DNA of 64,000 bases, from positions 434,001 through 498,000 of the forward strand of contig CAJFCJ010000001.1 of the NCBI GenBank assembly GCA_904063045.1. The letters are read 5' to 3'. The notes under the pieces were generated by a model, which was given only the letters and a program-made list of their open reading frames with translations, did not search any database and had not been told where the DNA came from. Shown piece by piece: positions 14,401-27,198 of the stretch. The position numbers and the translations under genes are program-made. Positions within the stretch are counted from its first letter, which is position 1. Each line of letters opens with the position of its first letter. The DNA is from Dimorphilus gyrociliatus. Taxonomy: Eukaryota > Animalia > Annelida.

Positions 14401-14657
14401 AACACTCATTAGAACAATTGTTAATATAACAGTTACTTATTACGTATTGACCAACAGGTACAAGTCAGAGAGAGAGAGGTCGAAGGGCGCTAAGTTCCTC
14501 ATCACACGAAGTTCATAATATGGCCGTTCATGGATCTAAGTGTGGTCATTACTTGATAGATGTCTGCAACGTCCCTCAGTGCAATCCTTCTTGTCCGGAT
14601 ATCTTTAATCACGTGACAGGGAACGCCGTTCAATTCAATCTTTCTGAGGAATACTAG
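11478..14657 (+). CDS. NOTUM: Notum (palmitoleoyl-protein carboxylesterase, Wnt deacylase)
   Basis: Nine exons (11478-11740, 11897-11949, 12107-12202, 12319-12379, 12624-13078, 13205-13343, 13700-13897, 13965-14116, 14458-14657) are all phase-consistent. Motifs seen: signal peptide, VCNDGSKAGYY, FLQGGWFC, YVPYCSSDSWSG, nucleophile GSSAG, FDEAQ, APSCVSH, and terminal LIDVCNVPQCNPSCP. Confidence 0.95.
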
Positions 14658-15052
14658 AGTGCAAAAATTATATAAAACTTAGTGATGGAAAAAGACCAAA
14701 ACTGTACTGTTGTTTGTTTCTTTTTTTCTTTTGTTTTTTTTTTTGTTTGTTCATTTTTTTTTCTTTGTGTTACGGAATTTAATTTGAAAGAAAAAAAGAA
14801 TTGCATTCTCGTCCTTTCTTGTCTCAAACCGATTATACAGGGGTAAACAACACACAATTAATTTATTATTAATACAATTTAGTGCATTTTTTTGTCTATT
14901 TTTAATTTATAAATCACTTAAAAACTTTATATTTTTGTAAATAATATCAATTTTTTTTATTTGGCCATAAAAAGTAAAGAAATTGAAATTATTTTTTAGA
15001 AACTACAATTAAAAAGAAGAGAAAGAGAGAGAGAGAGACATTGAAAAACTAT

Positions 15053-16479
<1,427 letters not shown>

Positions 16480-17413
16480 GATTGATTATTTTAATTATTT
16501 CGGTATTCTTTGATAAAGAAAAGAAGGGAATATTTTAGAATAATACGGCTCTCGATCGCTGATCGTGAATCGGCAAGTTGAGATACCTGAAGTGATGTTG
16601 GCTATTGGACAACCGATTCTTTTATAGGAGTGTTTGTTTTGTTTATACTTAATTACTTAGCAACCGCTACTACGGAACGACGTCTGGTAAACCGTTAAAG
16701 TTTACTTTTTCGTTAGCTTACCTCTCAATTATAATACATAATAGAACTTTCACGTTGAACTAGCAAGAAAAGGAAGCCAAAAATCTTAGTAATTGGTAAA
16801 CGAAACCTGAGATTTTTGTTCATTATTACCTAACAATAAGATACTGAAATAAAATCCAAAATTCATTCCTTTTTTCAATTTTTTTCCAATATATTTCCCA
16901 TTAACTTTCAAGCCCTAGACGTAATCCCTAAAAAGTAAAATGTCCAATTACTTCAGCTCCATCCACCTCCCCATTTAATTAAAATTAAAAGACTTTATTA
17001 TTAATCGAAACAATTTCCTCTTAGAGGATGCAAATCGCATTACTACAAATAAGGGTCACTAATTTCTAATAGAACTTTTTCTAGCCCTTATAGTACTAGT
17101 TTTAATTAATTTAGGTTAAAAAAAATTTAATTAGAAGACTATTCTAATTTGTTTTCTTAATTTCCCTCTTAATTCCTGCATTTATACGATATACCCTACT
17201 ATATACAATATATTGAAATTTTCATACTTGACACTATAACAACCTTAAATAAAACAAGAAAACCGTTATTTATTACTAAATAACACTCAAATATTCCAGA
17301 TATGAAAAGTATTATAAACAGAACATTTTCATAACACTTCAATGATATACTTTACATTTGTTGAAAGGTTCGCTTTTTTGTATGTATACACTAGGTTGGA
17401 AAAATAAAATAAG

Positions 17414-17425
17414 GCCATCTAGTGG
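17414..17425 (-). promoter_or_regulatory. CTCF-like core site
   Basis: The minus strand reads CCACTAGATGGC, a perfect match to the CTCF core CCASYAGRKGGC. Confidence 0.55.
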
Positions 17426-18489
17426 CTGAGATTTATTCATAGTTACTTCAAAATGCCTAGATTTTTTAGTACAATCCAATAAAATATTGTGTTCATATGT
17501 ACTAATAACTCTTTGTTTGTCTAATATACTAACACAATACATAAAAGCGTATAATACAAGAAAGAATAGTCTAATATTTTTTTTTTATATATTGTTATAC
17601 TCTATATACTTTATGTAAATTGTGTTTGGAGGAGGTAGAAAATATCTTGAAATTAACCTAGAATATATTAATATGTAGCCAATTGATTGAATAAAGAGAG
17701 AGAGAGAAAGAGAGTATACAGTGAAAAATTCATGAAAATTATAGTTCATATAGAATGATAAGTATATTAAAAATTATCAATAATCTATTTGTCTCTAAGC
17801 AAAATAAATGGAAAACATTTTGCACTATAATATACATAAAAGAGCATTGACAAAGAAATTCCATACATATTTTATATATATAGTACATGTACTTGTAAAT
17901 ATAAAAAGTCTATATCTATTCTTTTAATTAGAATATTTAGAATTTCTTTGAAAATCAATCAAAATCTTATTTAATTTTTGATTGACAGCTTTAAAAATAG
18001 ATTAATTAATTCTCAATTTAAACGTGTTTGAATTTTTGACCTTGAGGCTTTTTTTTGTTGCTCATTCATATATAATTATCGTAATTTGTTTTAAGGGCGA
18101 TAAAGAAGGTACATTCTTGAATATTTTGGAATTATTGAGAAAGAGGAATGTCTTTATAAACTAACAGAATACTTCATAAAAGTAAACTTTATATTTTATT
18201 TTACTAACCTAAAAAATAAAAAAAAGAAAGAATAAGTCTCTTTCATTTCCTTCTTTTATAGTTAAATATAGAAATGTTGATAAGGCAGCTAAACTGATAT
18301 CTATTGTAAAAGGATTGGTACTTAAAAAACTTTAGTATAGAATAGTATGTTAATTAATTTTCTTTTTTTTTTTTGAAGGGGAAAATTCATAATGTTATAC
18401 TTTAAGAAGTCGAAGTGAGAGTGAAGGAGAGAAATTGAAGAAAAGAAAATCTATTAACACTTTTAAAAAAGTGTTTCTATCCTTCCTTT

Positions 18490-18493
<4 letters not shown>

Positions 18494-18523
<30 letters not shown>
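18494..18523. repeat. (TC)n microsatellite
   Basis: Perfect TC run read directly. Confidence 0.95.
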
Positions 18524-18525
<2 letters not shown>

Positions 18526-20393
18526 AATACAGCATATTGTAACACGCCATCTTGAGGAAATATTAGATGTAGATTATTTTTGACAGAGAAATTAAAAAGA
18601 GTTAAAAATAAGTGTAAACGATTTATCGAACGAAATGTAACAATAAAGAAAAACAGGGCAGTTGATTAAACTTTTCTTCTTTGCATCAAGTATATATTTT
18701 GATAAGCAGACAGAATGTAAATATATACTTAAAACTATACGAATATTTGAAGCTGTTAAGCAAATCCTCCCTGATTTTTCTTTCTTCCTTTATAAAAAAT
18801 ATACCAGTTTGTAGATTGAAAGAGAAAGAAAGAGAAGAGATTTTTATATCCTTAGATTATGTATCATAAAGAATTAAATAAAAAGGATTATGACTCATTT
18901 TAATGAAATGCTACACCATACTTGAATTTCTACATTTAGGGAATGAAACAACGTGAACAGATAGATTTTTATATTAGTTTTATGTATATATATATATATA
19001 TACTGTATATTTAAATAAATAACTCTTATCAAGGTTAAACAATTCAGTCTTAGAAGTGTAAACGTTTCGTTGATTTTATATGAAGAGGGTAAAGGAGAAA
19101 ACTAAATGTATTACATATCTGGATAATTGCAATACACCAATAAAATATTCATAATGAACTGATATCAGACGAAAATGGCGTCGTTAAGTCTGAGAATGGA
19201 TGGAGGCCTAAATGTTTACTTTTATGGGGAAATAATCTATTAAATTGAAAGGAAACATTCTTGCTGTTGACCTTCAAAAAAGAAATAATAAGGATATTTA
19301 AAGGATTATTGTGTTTTTTTTTGAAAATATATCAAATATCATTTATCAACAGAGCTACGTCGAGAAAAATATAATAAATGAAAATCAAGTACTTTTCCCA
19401 TTCCCTTTATGTTATCTATAAGAATATCTTTAAAAAAATAAACCTATAATTATGTTTACAGATTCTAGAAATACCTTTAAATATTTGCAATTCTATAAAA
19501 GTATACAAGCTTTTATGCTGTTAAACCTCTTCTAGAGAAAAGGGACTTTGGAATGAATTCGTACTTAATTGCGAATTAATTGTATAATTAAAGAAGATTT
19601 ATCCTTCTCAGGACTATTTGCTAGAATGAATGAATGAATAAATGCATAAATGAAAAGAATCTAATGGCAAATATATTATCCAGGTGGAGAATGTTCAATT
19701 TGAGATGATAAAAAATTTTCGTACTGTTGTGCTAAAGTCAATTAAAGTCTTACTTTAAAATAAAATATTTCTCACCGATTTCGTGTGAAAGGAAGGAACT
19801 TTAGGCCAAAGACTACATAATTAAAACGTTTTAATACGAAAATTATCGTTGTTAGGCATATTCTTAGATATTATATTCATATTGAATTTATTCTCTTACA
19901 TAATTGTATTTTTAGTTATGATGAATACAACTTTCAATAATTTCTCCCTCTCTTGTTTATATAGACGCCAGTCTTTTCCATACTTACGAATGTTGTACTA
20001 ATGTCAATGTAAACAAACTAGATGATTAAACTAAAGCAATAGCCATATATGGAAGATATTTATTGTGTAGCGATACTAGTGTCATCTACATTTGACTGAA
20101 TAATTATTATATGCTATTTATATTTGAAACATTTTATTACATTAAGGGAGTATCACATTTCTCAAATGTAGAGATATTGTTAATTGTAAATGATCTATAA
20201 ACTGTCTGGTATAGATTTTATGCTAAAAATTACTCACAAATTACACCACAGTCAGTAATGACCTCAGAAAATGATTCAATATGTCGCAATAGGAGCTATT
20301 CATATATAAGAATTCGCAGTAGACGATTTCTCTCATTTAACATTGTGTTTGCTATTATTTAATAAAAAATATTCCAATATCAAATATGCAAAA

Positions 20394-22967
20394 ATGGAGA
20401 GGACAAAAGAAAAGACTAAAGAAATGTCAAAATGGCGTCCAAATTTAAAAACCTTTATCGAAGAGGGAATAGATAAAGGTTTAGCTTATGAAGCAGCTAT
20501 TGCAGCATCAATTATATACAACAATATCGGAGTAAATGATTTCTTTTTGAAGGATTGGAATGTATTAAAAACTTTAATTAATCAAGATGACTATGGTATA
20601 TTGACTGCTGTGAAAATGTTTATTGAACTAAAAGATTCTTCCTATTATCTATATGATAAAACTATTAATATACAAACTGTCGAAAAGATTAACTCAGGTA
20701 TTGAAAGAATATCTACAAATACAGGAAGAGATTTGCATCCAATAAAGGACGTTGAAGGTAAGCTTTCAACTGAAAAATTGGGTTCGTTGATCTTTCATCA
20801 TTGTTGCAAAGATGTTTACGTTCATATCGGAAAAAACTACTATATGAATGCTAAAACTAGTGATACAGTAGAAATCAGAGACGAAGTATTAACACCGGAA
20901 TTTATTAGTTTTCCCCTAACTTGTAAAACTCCTATTAGAGTTGAAAGTAAATGGATTCAAGATGAACTCATCTCAAATGATATTATTAGACAAGATGATA
21001 TAGATATGATTAAGGACGAATTTGAACCTCTGCAATTGAAGGATTTTGGTGAGAAAGCTGTTGGAGGTAAACTTTGTTCTCTGCTGAATAGTTTCTATTC
21101 AAAAGAAAAATTGGAAAAGGAATGCTCACAGGTCTGTGGAAGTCGTCAGGTTATTTGGTTTGGTCAGGCTAAGTTTAAATGTCCGAAAAATTATCATTCA
21201 ATTTTAAAAGAGTTTCTTGAAGGAAAACTTAGAGAAATTGGCAAAATTTCATCCTTCGGCCTAACATTTATGACATTAAGTCCAGATATTGATGTTTGTC
21301 AGAAACATGGATTCGAACCATTGGAAGCTGTGGTAGAAGGAGATTTTTACTCTATTCGTTTATTAGTAGATAAAGCAACAGCTTGCTTATATAATCCAAC
21401 AACTGAAAAAGTGAAAGAAAAGCTTAATAAAATATTCGGAAATGTCACTTTTATTCACTCCAACGAATATTCTATTGACGATATTCTGGAAAATGATCAA
21501 GAGGAGCTTGAATGGGGCTTTGCCCAATTTGAATCAAAATGCTCTCCTATCAACAATCAATCTGAAATCATGGGTATGAGAGTAATCAAGGAGAAATACA
21601 TAGACCCAATTAAGTATTTGTCGGAAAGGAATCATATTTCAATTAAGGAAAAACTTTACTCCTATAAAGATAACATCTTATCAATTAATAAAGAATTGTT
21701 TTCTTTCATTAAAACATTTCTGAAGGATGCTCTATTTAAAGTTCAGAATGAAGATTTCTTCAACGAAGGAAACTTTTTAGTTAGGGACAATGCCGAAATT
21801 GAAATTATTATAAATAATCCTAAATTTGTTTCTATGAGAGATGTATTTACAAAACTTATCCCATTAATTAAACCAGATACCTGCAAGATATATAATTCAC
21901 TCTTTCCACTTGAATCAATGAAAATTAAACTAAATAATTGGCTAAAGAAGATGTTCAATACATATACAACTTATCATGATAATTTATGGTATGTTTATGG
22001 ATCAAGATCAGTAAAGAAAAAAGTAATCAAGTATTTATATAGATATGAAGCTGAAGAAGTCAAACAATATCATAGAATTAATTTGGAATTGTTAGATACG
22101 AATAATAGAGAGAATCTGAGGAAAATACAAAAAGTAACACAGGAAATTGACGATGGATATTTTGAAGAATCTCATTTAGTGGTGCTATGTAATTTAGATT
22201 TAGTATGTCAAATTCAAGATATAGTACTATATTCCGAAAGGACTGTAATTGGAGAAGGATTGAATTGTTTTTCCCATTTAGTAGACATTATCGATATTGA
22301 AAGTGTAGATAGTCATACAGATCGCCTGGATTGGAATGATGAGTCAAAATGCGATGAATGCGTTGTTTGTTTCCAAGTTCCCAATCAGAGCACAAGGTTA
22401 ATAAATTGTGGACACTCATATTGTACAGGTTGTTTTAAACAGCAATTAAATGTTAATATTACTCAAAGCTTAAAGTTGCCCATAACCTGTGCCGGTTGCG
22501 ATGAATCAATAAATAATTTGGAAATTGTCTATTCAGAAAAGAAACAGCAATTTAGAGTTCAGGGAGAAATTTACAAAATACTAGTTCAAAAATTCAAAGA
22601 ATTTACCTTTTGCCCAGGCCTCAAATGTTCAAATGGTTTAGTTTATTCAAAAGGTAAAACTCCCATGCAATGCATTTCCTGTAAATGTGAGGTATGCTCA
22701 AACTGTAAAGAGTTACATCTGGAAGGTGAAGATTGCTTTTCACAAAGGCAAATGTTTCAAAGAGAATATAAACTATGGTGTCTAGGAGATATAGTAAATA
22801 GGAAAATATGCCCGAGTTGTTCCTATGGAATTGAAAAAGAAGGAGGATGTAATCTTGTTTGGTGTAGATCATGTTCAAAATCAATTTGCTGGTACTGCCT
22901 AGATTTTTTTGAAAATAAACATTTGTGCTACAGTCATCTTTCTACCATGCATGGGGGCTATGCCTAA
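20394..22967 (+). CDS. RBR (RING1-IBR-Rcat) E3 ubiquitin ligase-like protein, intronless, paralog 1
   Basis: One long ORF (first ATG 20394). C-terminal RING1 (CVVC...CGHSYCTGC...CAGC), IBR (CPGLKC...CISCKCEVCSNCKELHLEGEDC) and Rcat (CPSCSYGIEKEGGCNLVWCRSCSKSICWYC), ending CYSHLSTMHGGYA. Confidence 0.88.
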   Translation: MERTKEKTKEMSKWRPNLKTFIEEGIDKGLAYEAAIAASIIYNNIGVNDFFLKDWNVLKTLINQDDYGILTAVKMFIELKDSSYYLYDKTINIQTVEKINSGIERISTNTGRDLHPIKDVEGKLSTEKLGSLIFHHCCKDVYVHIGKNYYMNAKTSDTVEIRDEVLTPEFISFPLTCKTPIRVESKWIQDELISNDIIRQDDIDMIKDEFEPLQLKDFGEKAVGGKLCSLLNSFYSKEKLEKECSQVCGSRQVIWFGQAKFKCPKNYHSILKEFLEGKLREIGKISSFGLTFMTLSPDIDVCQKHGFEPLEAVVEGDFYSIRLLVDKATACLYNPTTEKVKEKLNKIFGNVTFIHSNEYSIDDILENDQEELEWGFAQFESKCSPINNQSEIMGMRVIKEKYIDPIKYLSERNHISIKEKLYSYKDNILSINKELFSFIKTFLKDALFKVQNEDFFNEGNFLVRDNAEIEIIINNPKFVSMRDVFTKLIPLIKPDTCKIYNSLFPLESMKIKLNNWLKKMFNTYTTYHDNLWYVYGSRSVKKKVIKYLYRYEAEEVKQYHRINLELLDTNNRENLRKIQKVTQEIDDGYFEESHLVVLCNLDLVCQIQDIVLYSERTVIGEGLNCFSHLVDIIDIESVDSHTDRLDWNDESKCDECVVCFQVPNQSTRLINCGHSYCTGCFKQQLNVNITQSLKLPITCAGCDESINNLEIVYSEKKQQFRVQGEIYKILVQKFKEFTFCPGLKCSNGLVYSKGKTPMQCISCKCEVCSNCKELHLEGEDCFSQRQMFQREYKLWCLGDIVNRKICPSCSYGIEKEGGCNLVWCRSCSKSICWYCLDFFENKHLCYSHLSTMHGGYA

Positions 22968-23472
22968 TTATTTAAATAATATTATATTTTACTTGAATTT
23001 GCCATTATAGTATTAAAATATATCAGATAAATGTTTGTATATGCTATTTTATTTATTAAAAATAAATTTTCTTTTATTTATCAAACGAAAAAGACACTTT
23101 TAAACGTTTTCTTTATTCCTTTCGGATAGGTTTGTCATATGTCTAGCATTTTAATAAGGAACGTTGTGATGATAACAATCGAAACGATCTATAAAACAAA
23201 CTTGTATAAACTCTTTTAAAATTAAAGGATTAAATATAAAATAATCAATAATGTTAGCTGGTTTATTTCACAAGAGCTGCAGTATTCAGATTGTTCTAGA
23301 AGTGATGACTCATAATTTCATTTCGAAACTCCATGCAAGAAAAGAATGGCATAAAAGCAGAAAGGCGACGTATGATTATCCAATATGAAATTATCAGCAA
23401 TAAGGTGAATTTAAAAGATAAATGAAATACCTTCCAAATTGTTAACTAACGTGGAAATATACAAGAGAAAAT

Positions 23473-26040
23473 ATGGCAAAAAATATCAGTAATCATTTAC
23501 TTTGCAGTTTATTTAAAACTGCTAAAGAAGAGCAGATTGTTTTGGAAACTCTTATAGCAGTTTCAATTATTCAGTTGGATATAAAACCTAGACAGTTATA
23601 TAATCGTGATAGAAAATCTAGTATTCTCAGGGAAATGGTTAGTAGAAAATATTTTGGAATTACGGCGTTGGTTTATGCAGTTAGAGAGTATTATTTTGGA
23701 GAGAAATTTAAAGATGTCCTAAATGTTAAAATTGTTAACAAAATCAAAAGAAACAGTTTCGAATTATATGAAAAATACTCTGATGATACAAAACATTTTA
23801 ATGAAATTAGACCATTGAAAAAAGAGAAATTTGAATATCATTTGGAAAATTTAATCTCAAAGATGTTTATTATTACAGCCTATCTACATTTAGAGGATAA
23901 TTCATACGTGAATATTACAGAAAGTAAAATATTTAAACTGTATGATGAAAAAATATATCCAGAGCTTATTGCCTATATTGCGAAATGTAGTACGCCATTT
24001 AAAATTAGCGAAGACTCACTTGAAAAAAAATACTTGGACTCTTCTAATGATGATTGGCTGACCAAAAAAACGTATCAAGGATCTATAGTCAAAAAACTTA
24101 ATGATGCTAGAGACGAATTTATTCCCTCCTCCATAAATTCATTTCAAAGTTCTCTGAAAACATTCTGGACTAATGAATCGTTAGAAAGATATTTGAGAAG
24201 AAAATTGAAAACAATAGTTCAAGTGTCTAATTCGACTGTTCTTTGTCCACCGAAATATAGATATCAGGTAAAGAGATTCCTCTCCAGAGAATTGTTAAAG
24301 GTAAAGAATTTTTCCACTTCGGAAATTAGAAGCTATCAACATCCTCATTTTCCTATCAGCGTTGCTCTAGAATCTGGTGTAAAAGCAGTAGATTTTGTTG
24401 ATCCTGACGAAGTAATGTCTGCTTCTATAACAATTAGCAAAGCTAATTACTTTTTTTATACTTTTAAAATAAAAGACTTAGAAACGGAGATTAAAAATCA
24501 AGTTGGACCAATGAGATGCTTTTACTACTGTCCTATAAATCATTCAGATCTTGTTAAGAACACTTCGGAAAACATGACTTTAGGTTTTGTTACTTTTTGT
24601 CATAAAAAGAGTATTCAGCACTTGAACAATTTTCATTGGAAAGGAGTTACTTTGAAACCGGACAATGATACAATACTTACGGAATTTGTAATAAAGAATA
24701 GTAAGAAGAAACACGATGTTTTATTTTCATTTGAAGATAAAACATTCAAACTTCAATCAAGATTTTTCTACTCAATTAAGAATTCTTTAGAGAAATTTGT
24801 CTATAATCTGAATAGATTCACTTTTAATGGTGAAGAAATTCTTTCTATTTCTAAATCTGGTGAAATTACTATTGGAAGAACTAAAGAATCAGCGCATTCG
24901 TTTAAGAGTGTTTTTCTAAGAGTTTTTCAATTTTTACAACCTGATCATTTGGAGACAAGCCAGATCTTATTTGAGAATGAGCTCATGAAGCTAAAGTTCA
25001 TCGAAAATTTACAAAGAATATTTGAGACGTACGTAGTAGCTGATGGAAATTCTTGGTTTATTTACGGATCAAGGGAAACAAAGAATCGGGTTAAAACATA
25101 CTTGATAAATTATTCTACGGGTAAAATACCATCTTATCAAATAATTTACTCATTCAAAGATATTAATGCCTTGGAAATGGCTATAAAATGGTCCAACAAT
25201 TTGTTAAACGAATTAAAAGATGTCTATATTGATTGGAAAAATCAAAATGTTGTCGCTTTAGGAGATTACGAGTCGAGATCAAATGTCGAAAAGTATCTTC
25301 AAACGGCAATCAAAATTGAAGAGGGGTCCGATAACGATTCAATGGGTGAAACTACTGATACAGAGGATATAAAGAAAGAAGACGAAGTAAATGAAAATAG
25401 TATGCCTGCGAGGTGTTCAATATGCTGGGAAAACTATACAGTATCAAAAGATGATATATTACCTTGCAAGCACTACTGTTGCCAAGAGTGCTTCGAAAAG
25501 TATATTATGACTTTGTTAGAAAGGTCTATGTATGGAATAGGAGCGGTAAAGTGTCCACGCTGTCCAGAGTTGTATAGAGTTATTAAGGTAAAGGAGAGAA
25601 TTTCAAAAATTCATTGGGATTTATTAGTGGAAAAGTCAAGTAACAATCTAATTTTCGAAGAGAGAAGAAAAAAGAACATCTCCATCTGCAAAAACAAAGA
25701 ATGTCATTTAGGCATTATAAATGAAAAGACATTGACTTGTTATAAATGTGCAAGCTCAGCATGTAATCTATGCAGAAATGTATCTCATCCAGGCGAACAG
25801 TGCCATCGTGCTAAAACAATCTTAGAGTCTGAATATAAAGCTTGGAGCTTGAAAAAGAGTGGAAGACCTTTTAGATACTGTCCAAATTGTCTTTTTGCAG
25901 CAGAAAGAATTAGCGGTTGTCGTTCAGTTAGTTGTAAATCTTGCGGCAAATATTTCTGCTGGGACTGTATAGATTATTTTTGTGACGATGAAATATTGAG
26001 CCATTCTTGTCGAAGAAAGTATACTCTTATAGACTTTTAA
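23473..26040 (+). CDS. RBR E3 ubiquitin ligase-like protein, intronless, paralog 2
   Basis: 855-aa ORF with RING1 (CSICW...CKHYCCQEC...CPRC), IBR (CKNKEC...CYKCASSACNLCRNVSHPGEQC) and Rcat (CPNC...SGCRSVSCKSCGKYFCWDC). It shares N-terminal blocks with the upstream ORF (WFIYGSRETKNRV versus WYVYGSRSVKKKV). Confidence 0.85.
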   Translation: MAKNISNHLLCSLFKTAKEEQIVLETLIAVSIIQLDIKPRQLYNRDRKSSILREMVSRKYFGITALVYAVREYYFGEKFKDVLNVKIVNKIKRNSFELYEKYSDDTKHFNEIRPLKKEKFEYHLENLISKMFIITAYLHLEDNSYVNITESKIFKLYDEKIYPELIAYIAKCSTPFKISEDSLEKKYLDSSNDDWLTKKTYQGSIVKKLNDARDEFIPSSINSFQSSLKTFWTNESLERYLRRKLKTIVQVSNSTVLCPPKYRYQVKRFLSRELLKVKNFSTSEIRSYQHPHFPISVALESGVKAVDFVDPDEVMSASITISKANYFFYTFKIKDLETEIKNQVGPMRCFYYCPINHSDLVKNTSENMTLGFVTFCHKKSIQHLNNFHWKGVTLKPDNDTILTEFVIKNSKKKHDVLFSFEDKTFKLQSRFFYSIKNSLEKFVYNLNRFTFNGEEILSISKSGEITIGRTKESAHSFKSVFLRVFQFLQPDHLETSQILFENELMKLKFIENLQRIFETYVVADGNSWFIYGSRETKNRVKTYLINYSTGKIPSYQIIYSFKDINALEMAIKWSNNLLNELKDVYIDWKNQNVVALGDYESRSNVEKYLQTAIKIEEGSDNDSMGETTDTEDIKKEDEVNENSMPARCSICWENYTVSKDDILPCKHYCCQECFEKYIMTLLERSMYGIGAVKCPRCPELYRVIKVKERISKIHWDLLVEKSSNNLIFEERRKKNISICKNKECHLGIINEKTLTCYKCASSACNLCRNVSHPGEQCHRAKTILESEYKAWSLKKSGRPFRYCPNCLFAAERISGCRSVSCKSCGKYFCWDCIDYFCDDEILSHSCRRKYTLIDF

Positions 26041-27184
26041 TGAATTTCACTGTTTTGTTATAGAAATATAAAAGCATTAAAACGTTTTGTATATTAATTA
26101 ATAGTCTATTTTGTCTGAACGCCATCTATACTTCAAAGGAAAATCAACTTTCCTTATTTTTCTATTGACAAACCGCTAAAGGGTATTATAGAAATTATTT
26201 GGTGTATAGATTCTTAAGATAGTGACAAAAACATCACCTCTATCTTCAAGATAGATGAAAAGTAGCGATGAAGAGAATGAATGCAACAAAATTTGAATAG
26301 ATTACATAGAAATATTATTTTGGGAAGATGTGACAGTATCTATTATTACCATATGTCTGCTAATATATTGAAGTAGGGGAAATGTATAAATTATATTTTA
26401 TATCTATCTAATAATATATTTATCGTTATGCCATTAATATTAATGCTAAATTATATGCGATTTCATTCATAAAAGCGTAATAGTCCTTAGAATACTTAAT
26501 AATAGTGCGATTTCTATTCTAAAGATAGTATAATGTTACAGTAAATGACTTACAAGAAGACATTTATAATTATCCTAGCTCTACTTTCATCATCAGGCAG
26601 GCACTAACAACGATATTGGGAATAAATACCAATTATTCACACAAGATTCGATATACCAATGAATAGATATTTTGTCCAATTATCTTAACGAAAACTGCTT
26701 TTAGCACCTATATATGTTCTATTTAATGTGCTAAATTTCATATATTCTTCATTTTCATCCTCGTCTCCATCTCCATCTCCCCTTTTCTAACAGTTTTTCT
26801 TACTTTTATTTTAGGGATATTTTATTTTAGAGAGTAAAAACAAAAATAAGGAGAAAAATAAACTTACAGTCATAGTAGATGTCAACAATCCAGCGAATGC
26901 ATTTAAATTGTTATCATGGGGGTAGATAAAGTATAGTTTCCTTTTAACTTAGTTGAAAATTATGTTTATAAGTTACATTTGAGGGATATGATTACTCTAA
27001 TAATATCATTGATAGTCATTCCTATTGAGTTGAATCGTTATTAAACCTACAAAATGTCACTCTTTAACAAGACTAGAGTTTAGAGTTCTTATTATTCTTA
27101 TTGCAATCTAATTTATAATACTTGTTTACGAGTTACTATTGTTTTAAGTACGAATTTTCATAAACTAGGTAATATTTTTTGAAA

Positions 27185-27198
27185 GTGCCATCTGGAGG
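27185..27198 (-). promoter_or_regulatory. CTCF-like core site
   Basis: The minus strand reads CCTCCAGATGGCAC. Confidence 0.5.
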
